A stretch of 64,000 nucleotides of DNA, from the NCBI GenBank assembly GCA_963752385.1, contig CAVVYL010000038.1, positions 4 to 64,003 on the forward strand, given 5' to 3'. Positions 19,696 through 31,299 of this stretch are shown here, one piece after another; position 1 is the first letter of the stretch, and each line of letters opens with the position of its first letter. The notes beneath the pieces are model-generated. The model saw nothing but the letters and a program-made list of their open reading frames with translations, did no database searches and was not told the origin of the DNA. The position numbers and the translations under genes were made by a program. The stretch is from an uncultured Acidimicrobiia bacterium. GTDB lineage: Bacteria > Acidobacteriota > Terriglobia > Versatilivoradales > Versatilivoraceae.

Positions 19696-19816
19696 GGCAG
19701 TCGCCTCGGGGAAGCCAACTTCCGGTTTGCCCGTCAACCGCCCACAATCGTGACCTGGGCCGAAGAGCACTTCTACGACTTGCCCTTAATCCGTCCAAGT
19801 GGTTTCGTAAACAGTG
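19696..19816 (-). repeat. 121-bp direct repeat, copy 1 (sigma70-like promoter plus putative structured RNA)
   Basis: Matches 30921-31042 with 6 substitutions and 1 indel; TTGGAC-N17-TAGAAG on the minus strand. Confidence 0.85.
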
Positions 19817-19909
19817 CGAAGGTGTGAAAAAATCAAAAGCATGTGACTAGCGATATAGCTATGATATAATCTGGGCCATACTGTGAGACCAAGCCGTGGA
19901 GGTATGGCC

Positions 19910-20113
19910 ATGGGGTTTATCAGCAAAGTACAGGTGATCCAGCGGGGGGAGAAGAATCGCCAATTTTATTTTATTTGTCCGGCCCCGTTAGCGCAGGCTC
20001 TGGAGATTGAGAAGGGGGAAGAGATTGAATGGGTGGTGGAGGACAAACAGCGGCTGACGATTCGCCGCGTGTCCCTCAGCCAGAAATCTCGGAGGCCGCG
20101 CCATGGGAAATGA
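19910..20113 (+). CDS. AbrB/MazE/SpoVT-like DNA-binding protein
   Basis: FYFICPAPLAQALEIEKGEEIEWVVE; TATAAT at 19865 and GGAGG RBS; overlaps the transposase start. Confidence 0.7.
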   Translation: MGFISKVQVIQRGEKNRQFYFICPAPLAQALEIEKGEEIEWVVEDKQRLTIRRVSLSQKSRRPRHGK

Positions 20114-21681
20114 ACAGACCACTGGGCTGGCCGAGCCGGTAGAAGGCGCCGGCGTGGTGGAGAAGTCGGGCGGGGAGGCGATCCGACCCCGACCGAGGGT
20201 ACAGGCCATTGATCGGCAACAAGGGTGGCTGCGTTCGGTCGTGGTGGAGGAATTGGTGGAGGAGGACCATCCGGTACGGGCCATTTGGGAACTGATGGGG
20301 CAGGTGGATTTGAGCCGCTATTATGAGACGATCCGGGCCGTGGAAGGGGTGGCAGGGGCCGAGGCCACGGCTCCGCGCTTATTGGTGAGTTTGTGGATTT
20401 TGGCTTACAGTCAGGGGGTGAGTTCGGCGCGCGAGATCGAGCGGCGGTGCGGCTATCATCCGGCCTACCAGTGGCTGACGGGGATGAGCGTGATCAACCA
20501 TCACACGGTGTCGGATTTTCGGACGGAGCATGGCGCCGCATTGGAGGAGTTGTTTGTCGAAGTTTTGGGGGTGCTGAGCAGTGAAGACCTGGTCGACCTG
20601 AAGCGGGTCATGCACGATGGCATGAAGGTGAAAGCCTTCGCGGGGACGGATAGTTTTCGTCGTGAGGCTCGATTGCAAAAGCATTTGGAGGCCGCACGGG
20701 AACAGGTAGTGGAGATGAACCGGTTGGCCCACGGTGAAGAAACGAGCGCGCAGGTGGTGGCGGCTCGCCAGCGAGCGACCCGAGAGAAGCAACAGCGACT
20801 GGAGCTGGCCTTGCGGGAGTTGAAAAAAGATCCAAGCGCTCAAGAGGGGAAGCGAACAGAAGCAACGGGCTCGAGCCAGTCGGAGTGATCCGGAAGCCCG
20901 CATCATGAAGCAAAGCGATGGAGGCTATGCGCCCAGTTACAATGCGCAGATTTCGACCGACGCCAAACGGACCATCATCGTGGCGGCCGAGGTGAGCCAG
21001 TCCGGTAGCGACTATGAGGAGCTGGTGCCGGCCGAGGAGCGCATCGAAGACACTTGCGGGCAGGCCCCGGCCGAGTTGGTCGCCGACGGAGGATTTACCA
21101 GCCGAGCCAATATTATCGAGATGGAGCAACGGGGCGTTAACTTCATCGGGTCGATGGGAGACGGCCAGGCCCAATCAGTAGGGCAACTGGAGCGGCGGGG
21201 CGTGGCGCCCGAGTTTCGGCCCGAGGCCTTTGTCTATGACTGCGAGCACAACACCTACACCTGCCCTCAGGGCCAGATCCTCAAGTATGAGAGTCAGGAA
21301 AAAAGAATAGGGATCATCCACAATCTCTATCGAGCCAGGGCGGCCGATTGCCAGGCCTGCCCGCTGAAGTCGCAGTGTTGTCCGCAGAAGGCTGCCAAGG
21401 GACGCTCGATCGTCCGCAGTGTCGAAGACCCGGTGGTGGTGTCTTTTCGCCAGAAAATGGAAACCGAGGCAGCCCAACAGGCCTACCGGCAACGGGGGGC
21501 GGTGGCCGAGTTTCCCAACGCTTGGATCAAAGAAAAGCTCGGGCTGCGTCAGTTCCGTTTGCGCGGGTTGGCAAAGGTGAGAATGGAACTGTTCTGGGCT
21601 TGCCTAACTTATAACGTGCAACAGTGGATTCGGCTGTGCTGGCGTCCCCGCTTGGCGATGGCCCAGGGCGGACTGTCTTGA
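20103..21681 (+). CDS. IS1182-family DDE transposase (frameshift in A-run near 20825)
   Basis: EDHPVRAIW, SSAREIER, HDGMKVKA, SDPEARIMK..YNAQ, VADGGF, CPQG..CQACPLKSQC, FRLRGLAKV. Confidence 0.9.
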
Positions 21682-22268
21682 AACGAAGGTTCTGGGGAAC
21701 CAACACTCCCAGAAGCGAACAAAAAAGGAGCATACCGTGACCTGAAGGGTCGAAAAAAGCTGGAGGCCACGTTATGGCCAGCCCCAAGCAGACACTTCAT
21801 CCCATCTTTCTCAAAAAATGGATGGGAAAAATCGAAGACCCCCGAAAACTTAATTTTTTCACACCTCCTACGGCGTTAGTCGCTACTAATGTTTAAGTAG
21901 TGGCGGTAAACCATCAATGGTCGGCTGGTGGGGAAGATGAAACTAATTCTGGAGCATTCCCTGAGAAGGTGTGCATCCGACAAGCAACGACGTTTGGCGC
22001 ATCGACGATCTGGCTGATCGACTTGGGCTGGCCGCGCAGTTCTGCACCTCTCCGGAGCAAGCGGTTCTCTCAGCGCTGTAACTCGTCGAATCCCCGAAGT
22101 TTTCTGGAACAAGGCGACATGAAATTACGTCGAAAGGAGTAGATTTGCTGAGAGGATACGGTGTGTTCCATGTCCCTGATTTTTTCCTGTCGCTTACAAC
22201 CAAACTCGGCGTATAGACACTAATTGACACATTAACTAGAATTCCCTCAGAGAGCCCAATCCGAGTTC

Positions 22269-23525
22269 TTGGGAGATGAGGTTCTATGTTACGCGGGCCA
22301 ATCAGTGCACGGGCAAGGGTTTATGATTTCCTGCTTGTCGCTGGCGGTTTTGGGTGGAGGCGGATACTTCGTCAGACAGTATTTTGTCGCCCGAGCTGAG
22401 GCAAAAGACAACGCCAAGAACAAAGGGAAAGACTCCGACAAGAAGGGCGATGCGAAAGAGGCTGCACCTGTTGAATTGGCCACGGCCACTCGCGACCGGA
22501 TTTCTTCAAATCTGACTTCCACAGCTAACCTTCGCGCTCTGCGGGAAGTGGACGTGGCTGCGCGGACCGAGGGCGTCGTTCAAGCGGTCTTGGTTGAGGA
22601 AGGCGAGTTCGTTAAGGAAAGCCAGGTTCTTTGCCGACTGGACGACACTCAACTTCAAATTCGCCTCGAGCTTGCCAAGGAGAGACTGGCTCAAGCCGGT
22701 TCCAGTCTAGAAAAAGCAAGAACTAGGCAACAAAAAGCTGCTGTCCAAATTGAGAACACTCGCAAAGAAGTTGCGCGTCTTCAGAGGGCTTTTGATGAAC
22801 AGCTCATCAGCGCACGCGAGTTAGACCAGGCCAAATACCGTCTGGACGAGCTTGAGCACGATGAGCGCGTCTCCTCCTCAGAGAATCGTGAGTTCGCTCA
22901 TCGAGTGGAGGAATTGGAGGCCGAAATCAAGCAAGCCCAGCTTGAGATCGCGCGCACGCAGATTCGGGCTCCGTTTGCCGGACATGTCACCCAACGCACG
23001 GTGGAACTGGGGCGCACCATCCGCAATCTCGATCCCCTGTTTAAGCTGGGAGCGTTCTCCCCGCTCTACGCCGACGTACATCTATCCGAACGGGAAGCTC
23101 GCCAGGTCAAATCCGGGCAACCAGCCACGGTGCGGCTGGGGGGTGACGAGTCGATGCAATCCTCCGGCAAGGTGGCCCGCATTAGCCCTGTCGTTGACCA
23201 AGCGAGCGGTACCGTAAAGGTGACGATCGAGTTGAACCCTTCCGGAAGTGCGTTAAAGCCGGGAGCCTTTGTTCGCGTCGACATTCAAACCGACACTCGC
23301 CCTGACGCAATCCTGATTCCCAAGAAGGCTTTGATTGAAGAAGAAGGCACGCATTTTGTGTTTGTGGCCAACGGCGAAACTGCCAAACGGACCAAAGTGA
23401 CGTTAGGCTATGAGTCTGCCGGCCAGGTTGAGATCCGCCAGGGAATTTCTGCCGGCGAGAAGGTTGTGGTTGCCGGACAGGGCGCCCTGAAGGATGGAGG
23501 CAAAATCAGGGTGGCGAAGAGCTGA
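22269..23525 (+). CDS. RND efflux periplasmic adaptor (MFP); true start probably ATG 22276 with an early indel
   Basis: TM anchor, VLVEEGEFV, coiled coil, IRAPFAGHV, ISPVVDQASGTVKV, LKPGAFV. Confidence 0.9.
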   Translation: MGDEVLCYAGQSVHGQGFMISCLSLAVLGGGGYFVRQYFVARAEAKDNAKNKGKDSDKKGDAKEAAPVELATATRDRISSNLTSTANLRALREVDVAARTEGVVQAVLVEEGEFVKESQVLCRLDDTQLQIRLELAKERLAQAGSSLEKARTRQQKAAVQIENTRKEVARLQRAFDEQLISARELDQAKYRLDELEHDERVSSSENREFAHRVEELEAEIKQAQLEIARTQIRAPFAGHVTQRTVELGRTIRNLDPLFKLGAFSPLYADVHLSEREARQVKSGQPATVRLGGDESMQSSGKVARISPVVDQASGTVKVTIELNPSGSALKPGAFVRVDIQTDTRPDAILIPKKALIEEEGTHFVFVANGETAKRTKVTLGYESAGQVEIRQGISAGEKVVVAGQGALKDGGKIRVAKS

Positions 23526-23847
23526 CGTGATATGCCCGTGTGGGACGATTGGATCCACTGCTGAGGGGATGCAGGCTCCGTTAGTGGCAAGTGCTGCCAG
23601 CTGGCGCGTAGATAGCGTCTCAAGTGTTCACCTCTTCTGAATGCTGGCGATGGCTTGAGAGGCAATTCATGGTGATTGGGTAGATACCGGACTGCGGTCA
23701 GGATCCACACGACGGGACTCGGTCATGTGGCTCCCGGAGCCTGGCGGATGCCGGTTCGCGCTAGGGTGCGCACCTCACTGCCGAATACGTCAATTGACAA
23801 TAACATGCATGGAGCTAATCCTTCAAGGATGACTTGAGGACATTGCT

Positions 23848-26800
23848 ATGATCAAATTCGCCATGAATCGGCCCGTGACGGTGTTCATGTTTTTCGTGGC
23901 GATTGTCCTCTTCGGCATCGTCTCACTGGATCGGCTGGCTCTGAACCTCCTCCCGGACATTTCCTACCCTTCGCTTACCGTTCAAACCGACTATCCCGAC
24001 GCAGCTCCAGAAGAAGTCGAAAGCCTGATTACCCGGCCGATTGAGGAAGCCGTCGGCGTCGTGCCAGGGCTCACCAGGTTGGGTTCTGTCTCGCGCTCCG
24101 GACAGTCGGAAGTAGTGCTGGAGTTTGGCTGGAAGACCAATATGGACCTTGTGGCGCTGGACGTGCGCGAGAAACTCGATGTCGTGGACCTTCCGCGCGA
24201 TGTGGAGCGCCCGGTGATCCTTCGCTTCGATCCTTCCTATGATCCCATCATGCGATTGCAGCTCTACGGCGATCTGAGCTTGAGCCGCCTTCGCTATGCG
24301 GCTGAGAAAGAGCTGAAGAAAAGCCTGGAGTCGACAGAAGGTGTTGCTGCCATCAAGGTCATTGGCGGACTGGAGGAGCAGATCCGTATCGAGATTGATG
24401 AGAAGCGCCTGGCCGAACTGGGGATTCCTATCACACAGGTGACTCAGATCCTGGCTCAGGAGAATCTCAACCAGGCCAGCGGCAGCCTGTACGACCTGGA
24501 TGCCAACTACCTGGTGCGCATGCTGAACCAGTTTCGATCGGTGGAAGAGATTCAGCAGATCATCATTCGCAATCAAGAAGGCCGCAAAGTGGTGTTGGGC
24601 GATGTCGCAAAAGTGTGGAGAGGCAGCAAAGACCGCGAAATCATCGCCCGTCTCAACGGCAAGGAAAGCGTCGAGATGGCGATCTACAAAGAGGGCGATG
24701 CCAATACGGTCACCGTCGCCCAAGGTGTTTCACGGCGCCTCGACTCGTTAAAAAAAGCCAATCAGTTTCCTCGTGGCGTGGACTATCAGGTCGTCTTTAA
24801 CCAGGCGGAGTTCATCGAGAATGCTGTCGAAGACGTTCAGTCTTCGGCAATCCTCGGTGGCCTCCTGGCGGTACTGGTGCTCTACGTCTTCCTCCGAGAC
24901 CTTCGCAGCACCTTAACCATCGGTCTTTCCATTCCGATTTCCATCATGGCGACGTTTGCGCTGATGTACCAGACAAACATCGCTCTCAACATCATGTCGC
25001 TGGGAGGAATTGCACTGGGAGTGGGGACGCTGGTTGATAACTCCATCGTGGTGCTGGAGGCGGTCCATCGTCACAGGAGTTCGGAACGAACATTGTTTGA
25101 GGCCGTGTACAACGGAACCAAAGAAGTTGGAATGGCTGTTAGCGCTTCAACGCTCACGACGGTAGTGGTTTTTCTACCCATGATCTTTGTCGAGGGGATC
25201 GCCGGACAGTTGTTCAAGGATCAAGCCTTGACAATCACCTATTCACTGATGGTTTCGATGCTGGTCGCCCTGACATTCTTGCCGATGATTCTGTCTTTGC
25301 AAGCGCAGAAGCCTGGGCTCCTGAGTGCCGACATGTCGCCAGGCGAGGGCGCTGCCGGCAATTTGGCCTCTCCAGCAACTGCAAGCCGCTTCCGTCGTAG
25401 GCTGGCCCTTTACTCGCGAAGATCAGGGATGCCGGGCGTTTCTTAACTTCCGATTTAGTGGTTGTTGTCCTGACCGATCTACGGAAGCTGTTCCGATTCC
25501 TGGGTCTTCTCTTCTTGAAACCTTTCAATCCAATCTTGGACCAGTGGGAGCGCGCCTATAACAAACTGAGCGGTGCTTATCCCAGGTTGTTGCTCTGGGC
25601 CTTGAACAACAAGGCATCCGTGATCGGTCTATGCCTGTTGCTTTCCGTCGTTGCCGCAATCTTATCCTTTCAACTCGGCGCAGAGCTTATCCCGCCGTTG
25701 ACTCAAGGCGAGTTCGCGTTTGAGATCCGATTGCCAGAGGGTCGGCCTCTGCAACAGACCGATCGGCTCATCGGCGACATCGAAAGAAAGGTGGGGAGTT
25801 ATCCCCAAGTCCTAACGGTATTCTCCAGCGTCGGCGGGAGCAACAAGAACCAGTTCGCTCGGGAATCTCACGAAGAAAACGTGGGCCAGTTGTTCGTTGT
25901 GATGAAAAACAAGCAAGACAAAGCCAGCGAAAGGTCAGTCATTAGCCGTATCCGCGCTGAGCTGGAAGAGTATCCGGAAGTGACCTTTACGTTCAGCCGT
26001 CCAACCCTGTTCAGCTTAAAGACGGCGGTCGAGGTCGAGATCTATACCTATGATTTGTCCAGTCTGCATTCCACGGCTGAAAAAGTGGCTGCCCGGCTGC
26101 GTCAGATTCCTGGTCTCACCGACATCAAGACCAGCACCGAACTGGGCAGCCCGGAACTGCATATCCTTGTCGACCGGGATCGGTTGGCGCGCTTGGGTTT
26201 GGAAGAAAGTCAAGTGGCGAATATTCTGCGAAACAAAATCCGGGGCGATGTAGCCTCGCGCTACCGTGAAGAAGACAAGCAGATTGAGATTCTGGTGCGG
26301 GCCAATGAGTCGGATCGGAATACGATTGACGACATCAAGAACCTGGTCATCAACATGGGAGCAGTGATACCGACGAATCCGCGCATCAGTGTGGCTGAAC
26401 GGATCGCGGCGCGCAACAGCAGCCAGGGCGGTCGACCGCTGCGCCGCGACGAGCAGGACGTGCGGGATGAAGAGCTGGCTGCGCCGACTCGAAGCTCCGT
26501 CCCTTCACCCTCAGTGGTGCCGATCCGCCTTGGATCGGTGGCTGATGTGGTGATCGCGCGAGGCCCCAGCGAAATTCGCCGTATTCGGTCGCAGCGTGCC
26601 GCTGTGGTGTCTGCCAATCTGAGCGGCCGCGACTTGACCAGTGTGTCTGAGGATATTCGGCGTGAACTCCAACAGTTGCGAAGTGAGATCCCCGAACATA
26701 CCACGATTGGTCTGGGCGGACAGAACGAGGAGCTGGAAGCTTCTTACAAGACCCTTGTTCTGGCGCTGGCGCTGGCAGTATTTCTGGTCTATCTAGTCAT

Positions 26801-27347
26801 GGCCTGCCAATTCGAGTCGCTGCTCCATCCGTTTATTATCATGTTCACCGTACCGCTTGGATTGGCGGGTGTCGTGTTCACTCTTTTCATCACCCAAACC
26901 ACTTTCAACGTGATGGTATTTCTCGGGGTCATCATCCTGGCCGGGATCGTAGTAGACAACGCCATTGTTTTGATCGATTACGCCAACCAACTCCGCCAGC
27001 AAGGCCTGTCAAAACGAGAGGCTCTGCTGAAGGCCGGGGAGGTGCGTTTGCGCCCGATTCTGATGACGACCTTGACCACGGTCTTAGGACTCATCCCTAT
27101 GGCGCTGGGCTGGGGCGAAGGTGCAGAAGTGCGTGCGCCCATGGCCATTACTGTGATGGGCGGACTGTCGTTCTGCACGGTCTTAACGCTGGTGTTGATT
27201 CCGGTCATCTACGAACTAATCGACCGCAAGGTATACGCGGGCGACGCCGTCACCAGAGTTTCCGTTTCACGGTTCGAACCGCGCGGGGTCAGTCCCCAGG
27301 ATGCAGACGTCAGATCTCAGCTGTCAGGCGCCAGCCCTGAAAGTTAA
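23848..27347 (+). CDS. RND permease subunit 1 (AcrB/CusA superfamily; frameshift near 25440)
   Basis: RPVTVFMF, PEEVE, GTLVDNSIVVLE, GIVVDNAIVLID, RLRPILMTT. Confidence 0.9.
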
Positions 27348-27503
27348 AGGTGCCAGGTTCCAGTGCAGGTTTCGGCATTCACCAGTCATCGCAGAGCTGA
27401 CATCCATATCTCGCAGAATATCGCAAGATTGTACACGAAATCACGGAGTGGGACCTGAATCCACCTGGAACCACCTGAACCTGACACCTGACACCTGGAA
27501 CCT
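27348..27503. repeat. Inward-facing degenerate 7-8-nt tandem repeats (AGGTGYC / ACACCTG)
   Basis: aggtgccaggttccagtgcaggtt at the left end and acctgaatccacctggaaccacctgaacctgacacctgacacctggaacct at the right end. Confidence 0.6.
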
Positions 27504-30500
27504 ATGTCAGACACCGAACCCAGAGAACCAATCAAGACCCAGGCAGGGATGCGTCTGGCGGAGTTCTCCATTCGCTACCCGGTAACGATCTGCATGACCT
27601 TTGTCTCGTTCATTGTTCTGGGCCTCGTGTCTCTCTCCAAGATCCCGCTGGTTCTGACGCCTGACATCAACTTTCCCTTCATAGGCGTCTGGGTACCTTA
27701 TCCCAATGCCACTCCCGGACAGATTCAAGAGTCCATTGCCAAACCACTGGAAGAAGCTGTTAGCACCGTCCCGCACGTCCAGCGCCTGATGACCCGATCC
27801 AGTGATGACGAAGCGTTTGTGGGTATGAGCTTCGACTGGGGCCAAGACGTGGACTGGCTGCGCTCCGAGGTGCGCGAGAAAGTTGAGCAGGTTCGCAAAG
27901 AGCTTCCAGACGACGTCAACCAGATTTTCGTTCGGAACTGGAGCACCACAGACGAACCCATTATCGAAGGGCAGATTTCCTCCGGGCGCGACTTGCGGAA
28001 TGCCTACGACTTCATCGACCTGAAGATTAAGAAGCCACTCGAGCGTCTGCCCGGTGTGGCTGAAGTGGAAATCTGGGGAGCGCAACGTAGGGAAATCGAT
28101 GTCTATCTGCGTCTGGATGACCTCAAACGGCACCGCGTGGATGTGGCTTCACTGTTCCGCCGGCTTGACAACGCCAACCTGAACGTGTCTCTGGGCCGCG
28201 TGCTGGATGGCGGAACTCGCTATGGCGCTGTGTCGCAAGGCGCCATGAATTCGCTGGATGCTATGCGAGTCTTTCCGATCAACGATCGTGGTATCAAGTT
28301 AGGACAGATCGCCGACATTGAGTTCGACAACCCGGTTACCAACTTCGGCCGGCACTTGAACGGCCAATACGCTGTCGGTTTTGCCGTACGCAAGAACTCC
28401 CAGGCCAACACCGTTGAAACCGTGAAGAAGGTCCGAGAGCGAATCGAGGAATTAAACCAGGATCCTTCTCTCAAGGGCATTCAGGTCTTAGTCTGGTTCG
28501 ATGCTGGAAAGGAGATTACCAAGTCGCTCGCGGGGTTGCTGGACGCCGGTACGATTGGGGCCTTGCTGGCTGTGATTGTTCTGTTCGTTTTCTTGCGGAA
28601 GCTGGGCGCCACGTTCGCTATTGGTTTTGCGATTCCCTTTTCCATTATCGCCACAGTTGGGTTTCTGTATCTGATCGGCAAAACGCTCAACGTGCTCTCG
28701 ATGATGGGTCTGATGCTGGCGACGGGCATGTTGGTGGACAACGCCGTCGTTGTTCTGGAGTCGATCTTTCAAAACCTGGAGAAAGGCAAGGATCGTGTCA
28801 CCGCAGCGCGCGTCGGCACGCAAGAAGTGATCACTGCCGTGACTGCCGCCACACTGACCTCCATCATCATCTTCTTTCCTCTGGTGTTCGGGAAAAAGAC
28901 CAATTACTCGGTCTGGCTGGCCGACACCGGCACGTCGATTATTATCGCTTTGCTCTGTTCGCTCTTTATTTCTCTCACCCTGATCCCGCTGGGAGTCGGT
29001 CGATTGCTGAACATTGACGTCAGAAAGAAATCGCGATGGCAACAGTGGGCCGAACGCTTTGCGCCACGCAGCCCTACTTTCTTCCGGCAGATCAAGTGGC
29101 CACGCCGCCAGATTGAAACTGAGCTCACCGACCCGAAAGCCATCTTGAACAACAGCGACGTTCAGAGAAAGCGGATCTCCGATCGTTATCTGACGATGGT
29201 CGATTGGTGTTTGCAACATCGCTTCCTGTGCGGACTCCTGCTGGTGCCTGCCATTGTGGCCGCCTCATTCTTTGTCCTCAAGAAAGTCCCTGACAATTCT
29301 CCCGAAGCGCAGGATCTGCAGAATCTGAACATTCAGTATGAGTTCTCCGAGAACAACCACTACGCCAAGATCGAACACGATTACGTCCAACCCGTCGAGA
29401 AATTCCTGCTCGCCAACAAGGGGCGATTCAAGATCAAGGACGTGAACAGTTTCTACGGGAACAACGAGGCCAACACGCGGGTTTTCTTCGACAAAGAACG
29501 GATTACCCTCGAAGAGCTGATGGAAATCCGAAAGCAAATTGCTAAAGAGCTGCCACAGATTCCGGGTGCTGAAATCAAGTTGGGCTTGCAAGAAGGTGCG
29601 GAGGCGCAAACCTGGATCGGCCTGAATCTTTACGGCGAAGACCCTTCCACACTTCAAGATCTGGCGCGAGAGGCGCGCAGACGCTTGCTGCAGGACGGGC
29701 AGGTTTACAGAAGTTCACACTGATCTGGACCGCGGGCGGGAAGAAGTGCAGATCCGTCTGAACCGGGAACTGGCGAAAAAGTATAACGTTTCGCCAGAAT
29801 CCGTATCCCGGGTGTTGGGAATCGTGGTTCGAGGTCAACGAGTACGGGGTTTCACACCGCTGAAGGCGAAGTGGACATCTGGGTTCGCTTGCAGGCTACT
29901 GATCGCGAAAGCCTGGAAGATCTCAACTCGATGGTCGTGGGAACAGGCCCCGATGGCCAGGAAATTCTGATGCCACAGGTCGCCGACCTGAAAGTTGTAA
30001 AGACGCCGGGCGTTGTCCAGCGGGAAGACCGCCGCACCTATACCTGGATGTTTGCGACCTATAGCGGAGACAAGAAGGATGAGGGCAAACAGTTAGTCAC
30101 TGACACCATGAATAGCCTCAGCTATCCCACTGGCTATGGCTGGAGTTTTGGTTTTTGGACAGCGCGGAGGGAAAAGGAGGATCAGGAGTTCTACTTCAAT
30201 CTTCTGTTAGCCCTGTTTATGGTTTACTTCGTGATGGCTTCACTGTTCGAATCGCTCGTCCATCCGTTGGCAATCATGACTTCCCTTCCCTTTGGCATGG
30301 TCGGTGTCGCTTGGACGCTTTACCTGACGGGAACGCCGCTGAATCTCATGGCTATGATTGGCCTGATGGTGCTGGTCGGCATCGTGGTCAACAATGGCAT
30401 CGTCATGCTGGACCATGTGAACAATCTGCGCCGTCAAGGTATGCCTCGCTCGGAGGCCATTCTCCACGGTTGTCGGGAGCGGTTCCGGCCGATTCTGATG

Positions 30501-30776
30501 ACGGCCAGCACCACGGTGGTAGGCTTGATCCCGCTGGCGGTCGGCACGAGTGGCATCTTCGAGCTGCGTTACTTCCCGCTGGCGCGCACGGTGATTGGTG
30601 GTCTGGTAGCGTCGACCGTGTTGACGCTCATCGTGCTTCCCACCTACTACACTCTTTTCGACGATCTCGCCATCTGGCTCAAACGCACTTGGCTCGCCAG
30701 CAACCCAACACGCGCCAAGGCCCAGCCAGACGCGGTGGCCAGTCGAGGTTCGGAGGTGGCCAGCTTGCCACGGTAA
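27504..30776 (+). CDS. RND permease subunit 2 (frameshifts near 29700 and 29850)
   Basis: SIRYPVT, GMLVDNAVVVLE, GIVVNNGIVMLD, RFRPILMTA, spread across three ORFs. Confidence 0.9.
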
Positions 30777-30920
30777 CCCTTGCTGTCGGGCAAGTTAAAA
30801 TTGGACGTTCAGGTCTAACTGCTGTAAATCTTCTCCAGAATCGCATCCATCTCATCTGGAACTGTTTTCGCGTCTCAAACCTTGATTGGAAGACGATCCT
30901 CCTGCGAGTGGCAGGCGAGA

Positions 30921-31042
30921 GGCAGTCGCCTCGGGGAGGCCAACTTCCGGGTTGCCCGTCAACCACCCACAATCGTGACCTGGGCCGAACTGGACTTCTA
31001 CGGACTTGCCCTTAATCCGTCCAAGTGGTTTCGTAAACAGTG
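30921..31042 (-). repeat. 121-bp direct repeat, copy 2
   Basis: Matches 19696-19816; TTGGAC-N18-TAGAAG on the minus strand. Confidence 0.85.
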
Positions 31043-31299
31043 GGCGGCAGGGCTTTTCCAATCAAGAATTGGGCGAACTGCGCATGGATCGCAGGGGGTA
31101 TGGCAATCATCGGAAGCTATCCCGTTTCTGTCTCTCATACCGAGTAGACATGTTATCCCGCTTAAAAAAGCGAGGCGTTAAGACGTTAGAGATTGAACTT
31201 GTTCAAACAAAAGAACTGGCGTATGAAATATGCGGATTTGGATAATGACTGGTTAGGCTACCAACAGCTTCTTTTAACCAAAGCAAGGAGCACCAGCAG

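Larger units (their letters stand above)
19818..21868 (+). mobile_element. IS1182-family insertion sequence with a passenger AbrB-like gene
   Basis: Terminal IRs gaaggtgtgaaaaaatcaa (19818-19836) and ttaattttttcacacctcc (21850-21868), 17/19 match. No target duplication seen. Confidence 0.85.

Noticed and set aside
19696-19706. GGCAGTCGCC match to class 1 integron attI1
   Set aside because: Only 10 nt, with no following GTTRRRY core; probably chance.
19696-19765. c-di-GMP-I riboswitch (GGUCACG and GGGCAAACC on the minus strand)
   Set aside because: No GNRA tetraloop/receptor or GACGCAAAGC junction, and copy 2 changes GCAAAC to GCAACC.
20818-20835. AAAAAAG as a programmed -1 frameshift in the IS transposase
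   Set aside because: Restoring the frame needs loss of one A (+1), and the motif is not in the X-XXY-YYZ phase. A homopolymer error is more likely.
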